This document shows positions 63,153-64,000 of a DNA stretch of 64,000 nt, in pieces. How positions within the stretch are numbered: position 1 is the first letter of the stretch; each line of letters begins with the position of its first letter. A program made the position numbers and the translations under genes. The stretch is from Bacteroidetes bacterium 2013_40CM_41_45 (GTDB lineage Bacteria; Bacteroidota; Bacteroidia; AKYH767-A; 2013-40CM-41-45): the NCBI GenBank assembly GCA_002215675.1, contig NGFH01000003.1:80957-144956 (forward strand), read 5' to 3'. A model generated the notes under the pieces. The model had not been told where the DNA came from, made no database searches, and was given only the letters and a program-made list of their open reading frames with translations.

Positions 63153-63446
63153 ATGAAATTTATGTTTTATGGAAATAATATAATTATGTTCAAACAAAAA
63201 TGTCCAATATGTGATTCAAAATTAGAATATGATATTGATAATTTAGATTTTTATCTAATGGAAGAGCATTATAATTGCCCCAATAAAGATTATTCTTATT
63301 CATATGAATATGGAATGACAAACATAACAATAGGAAATAAAGAATTTAATTATACTTATTTGGATAGCAATGTAAAAAAAGCTTTAATTTTAAAAGAAAT
63401 CAAATTAGAGACTGAAAGATTGAAGTCCTTGACAAGATTAGAATAA
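63153..63446 (+). CDS. hypothetical protein (CPICD...CPNKD)
   Basis: 97 aa. Confidence 0.4.
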   Translation: MKFMFYGNNIIMFKQKCPICDSKLEYDIDNLDFYLMEEHYNCPNKDYSYSYEYGMTNITIGNKEFNYTYLDSNVKKALILKEIKLETERLKSLTRLE

Positions 63447-63483
63447 TATGGTATAATTATATTAAATTAGAAAGGAATTATTT

Positions 63484-63708
63484 ATGAAATCATATCATAT
63501 TGTTTTATTGTCTGCTTTGGCAACTTTGTGTGCTTTATTTTCTTTTGTTAATTCTGTTCGAGATATGGAAATTGATAATAATGCTTTCATTCTCGAAACA
63601 AATAACTATGACTTAATTATTGCTCATAATGATAATCATGTTGAATTTAATTTGAATTATTTTTATGGTAATAAAGCATATCAAATAGAAAAAATTTTTA
63701 TTTTTTAG
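63484..63708 (+). CDS. secreted/membrane small protein (N-terminal signal-like helix)
   Basis: RBS AGGAA. 74 aa. Confidence 0.45.
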   Translation: MKSYHIVLLSALATLCALFSFVNSVRDMEIDNNAFILETNNYDLIIAHNDNHVEFNLNYFYGNKAYQIEKIFIF

Positions 63709-63819
63709 TTATTTATTGACTGTTTTTGGTGCATAGTCAAATTTATATCGTAATGATATAAGGGACGCTTGGCGACCTACATAGAAAAGCATAGTAACCA
63801 TATTTATTAAAAATTAAAT

Positions 63820-63891
63820 GCTGTTTTGGTCTATTGGCTAAGACAATTCTTTCTCAAAGAATTATGATGGGTTCGATTCCCATAAACAGCA
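63820..63891 (+). tRNA. tRNA-Glu(CTC)
   Basis: Acceptor GCTGTTT/AAACAGC. D-stem GTCT/AGAC. Anticodon stem ATTCT/AGAAT with loop TTCTCAA. T-arm ATGGG-TTCGATT-CCCAT. Confidence 0.6.
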
Positions 63892-64000
63892 CAAATATAA
63901 AAGACACGCACAGTAATCAAACCCAATTCAACCGTTAATTGAAAAATAAGTGTCTTGAAAAATAATTTATATATGTACAGATAGACTCTCACAGCAAATA

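Noticed and set aside
1-64000. CRISPR array or cas genes
   Set aside because: No regularly spaced direct repeats of 25-40 bp were seen. The repeat-like regions (5640-6600, 31560-32190) are short-word or iteron-like, not repeat-spacer arrays.

Overview
This window is an AT-rich (~30% GC), gene-dense segment of a large bacteriophage genome. It looks like an early or accessory region, and I see no CRISPR array.

Layout:
- A leftward (minus-strand) block of small genes runs from 1 to 12728. It contains one counter-oriented insert: an endonuclease plus a helicase-like ATPase at 3369-5631, with its own promoter and terminators.
- A ~700 bp non-coding region at 5640-6600 has repeats and looks origin-like.
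- A divergent control region lies at 12730-13222.
- A long rightward block (13223-63708) holds more than 120 mostly small genes. It is punctuated by at least 15 near-consensus sigma70-type promoters (TTGACA-N17-TGnTATAAT) and several rho-independent terminators.
- That promoter architecture suggests a low-GC Firmicutes-like host. This is inference only.

Recognisable content:
- Twelve tRNA or tRNA-like genes sit in two clusters (60425-62378 and 63820-63891). Several carry C34 anticodons, and three members look atypical.
- There is a distributed RNA-repair toolkit. One pair is a T4 Rnl1-like RNA ligase overlapping a P-loop polynucleotide kinase fused to an HD phosphohydrolase. A second RNA-ligase-like enzyme sits beside a CX5R Cys-phosphatase and an HNH nuclease. 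The toolkit also includes a CCA-adding-type nucleotidyltransferase, a calcineurin-like phosphoesterase and a Pth2-like hydrolase.
- Toxin or counter-defence candidates: a Fic/Doc motif protein, a RelA/SpoT-type small alarmone hydrolase, a macro domain, a NADAR/YbiA domain, an MNT nucleotidyltransferase plus HEPN-motif pair next to an N6A DNA methyltransferase, and a HicA toxin.
- Other calls: a tyrosine recombinase, a DEDD exonuclease, a membrane-anchored AAA+ ATPase, an SprT-like metalloprotease, and three paralogous Zn-ribbon-repeat proteins with a shared C-terminal nuclease-like module.

Structure not explained by the gene calls:
- About 22 copies of TTGGCAAT/ATTGCCAA packed into 600 bp at 31560-32190.
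- A conserved TTTTATAAAGGA element in front of at least 8 genes.
- A GTTGACT/AGTCAAC inverted repeat ahead of both tRNA clusters.

All domain calls are motif-level readings of the translations. They have not been checked against any database.
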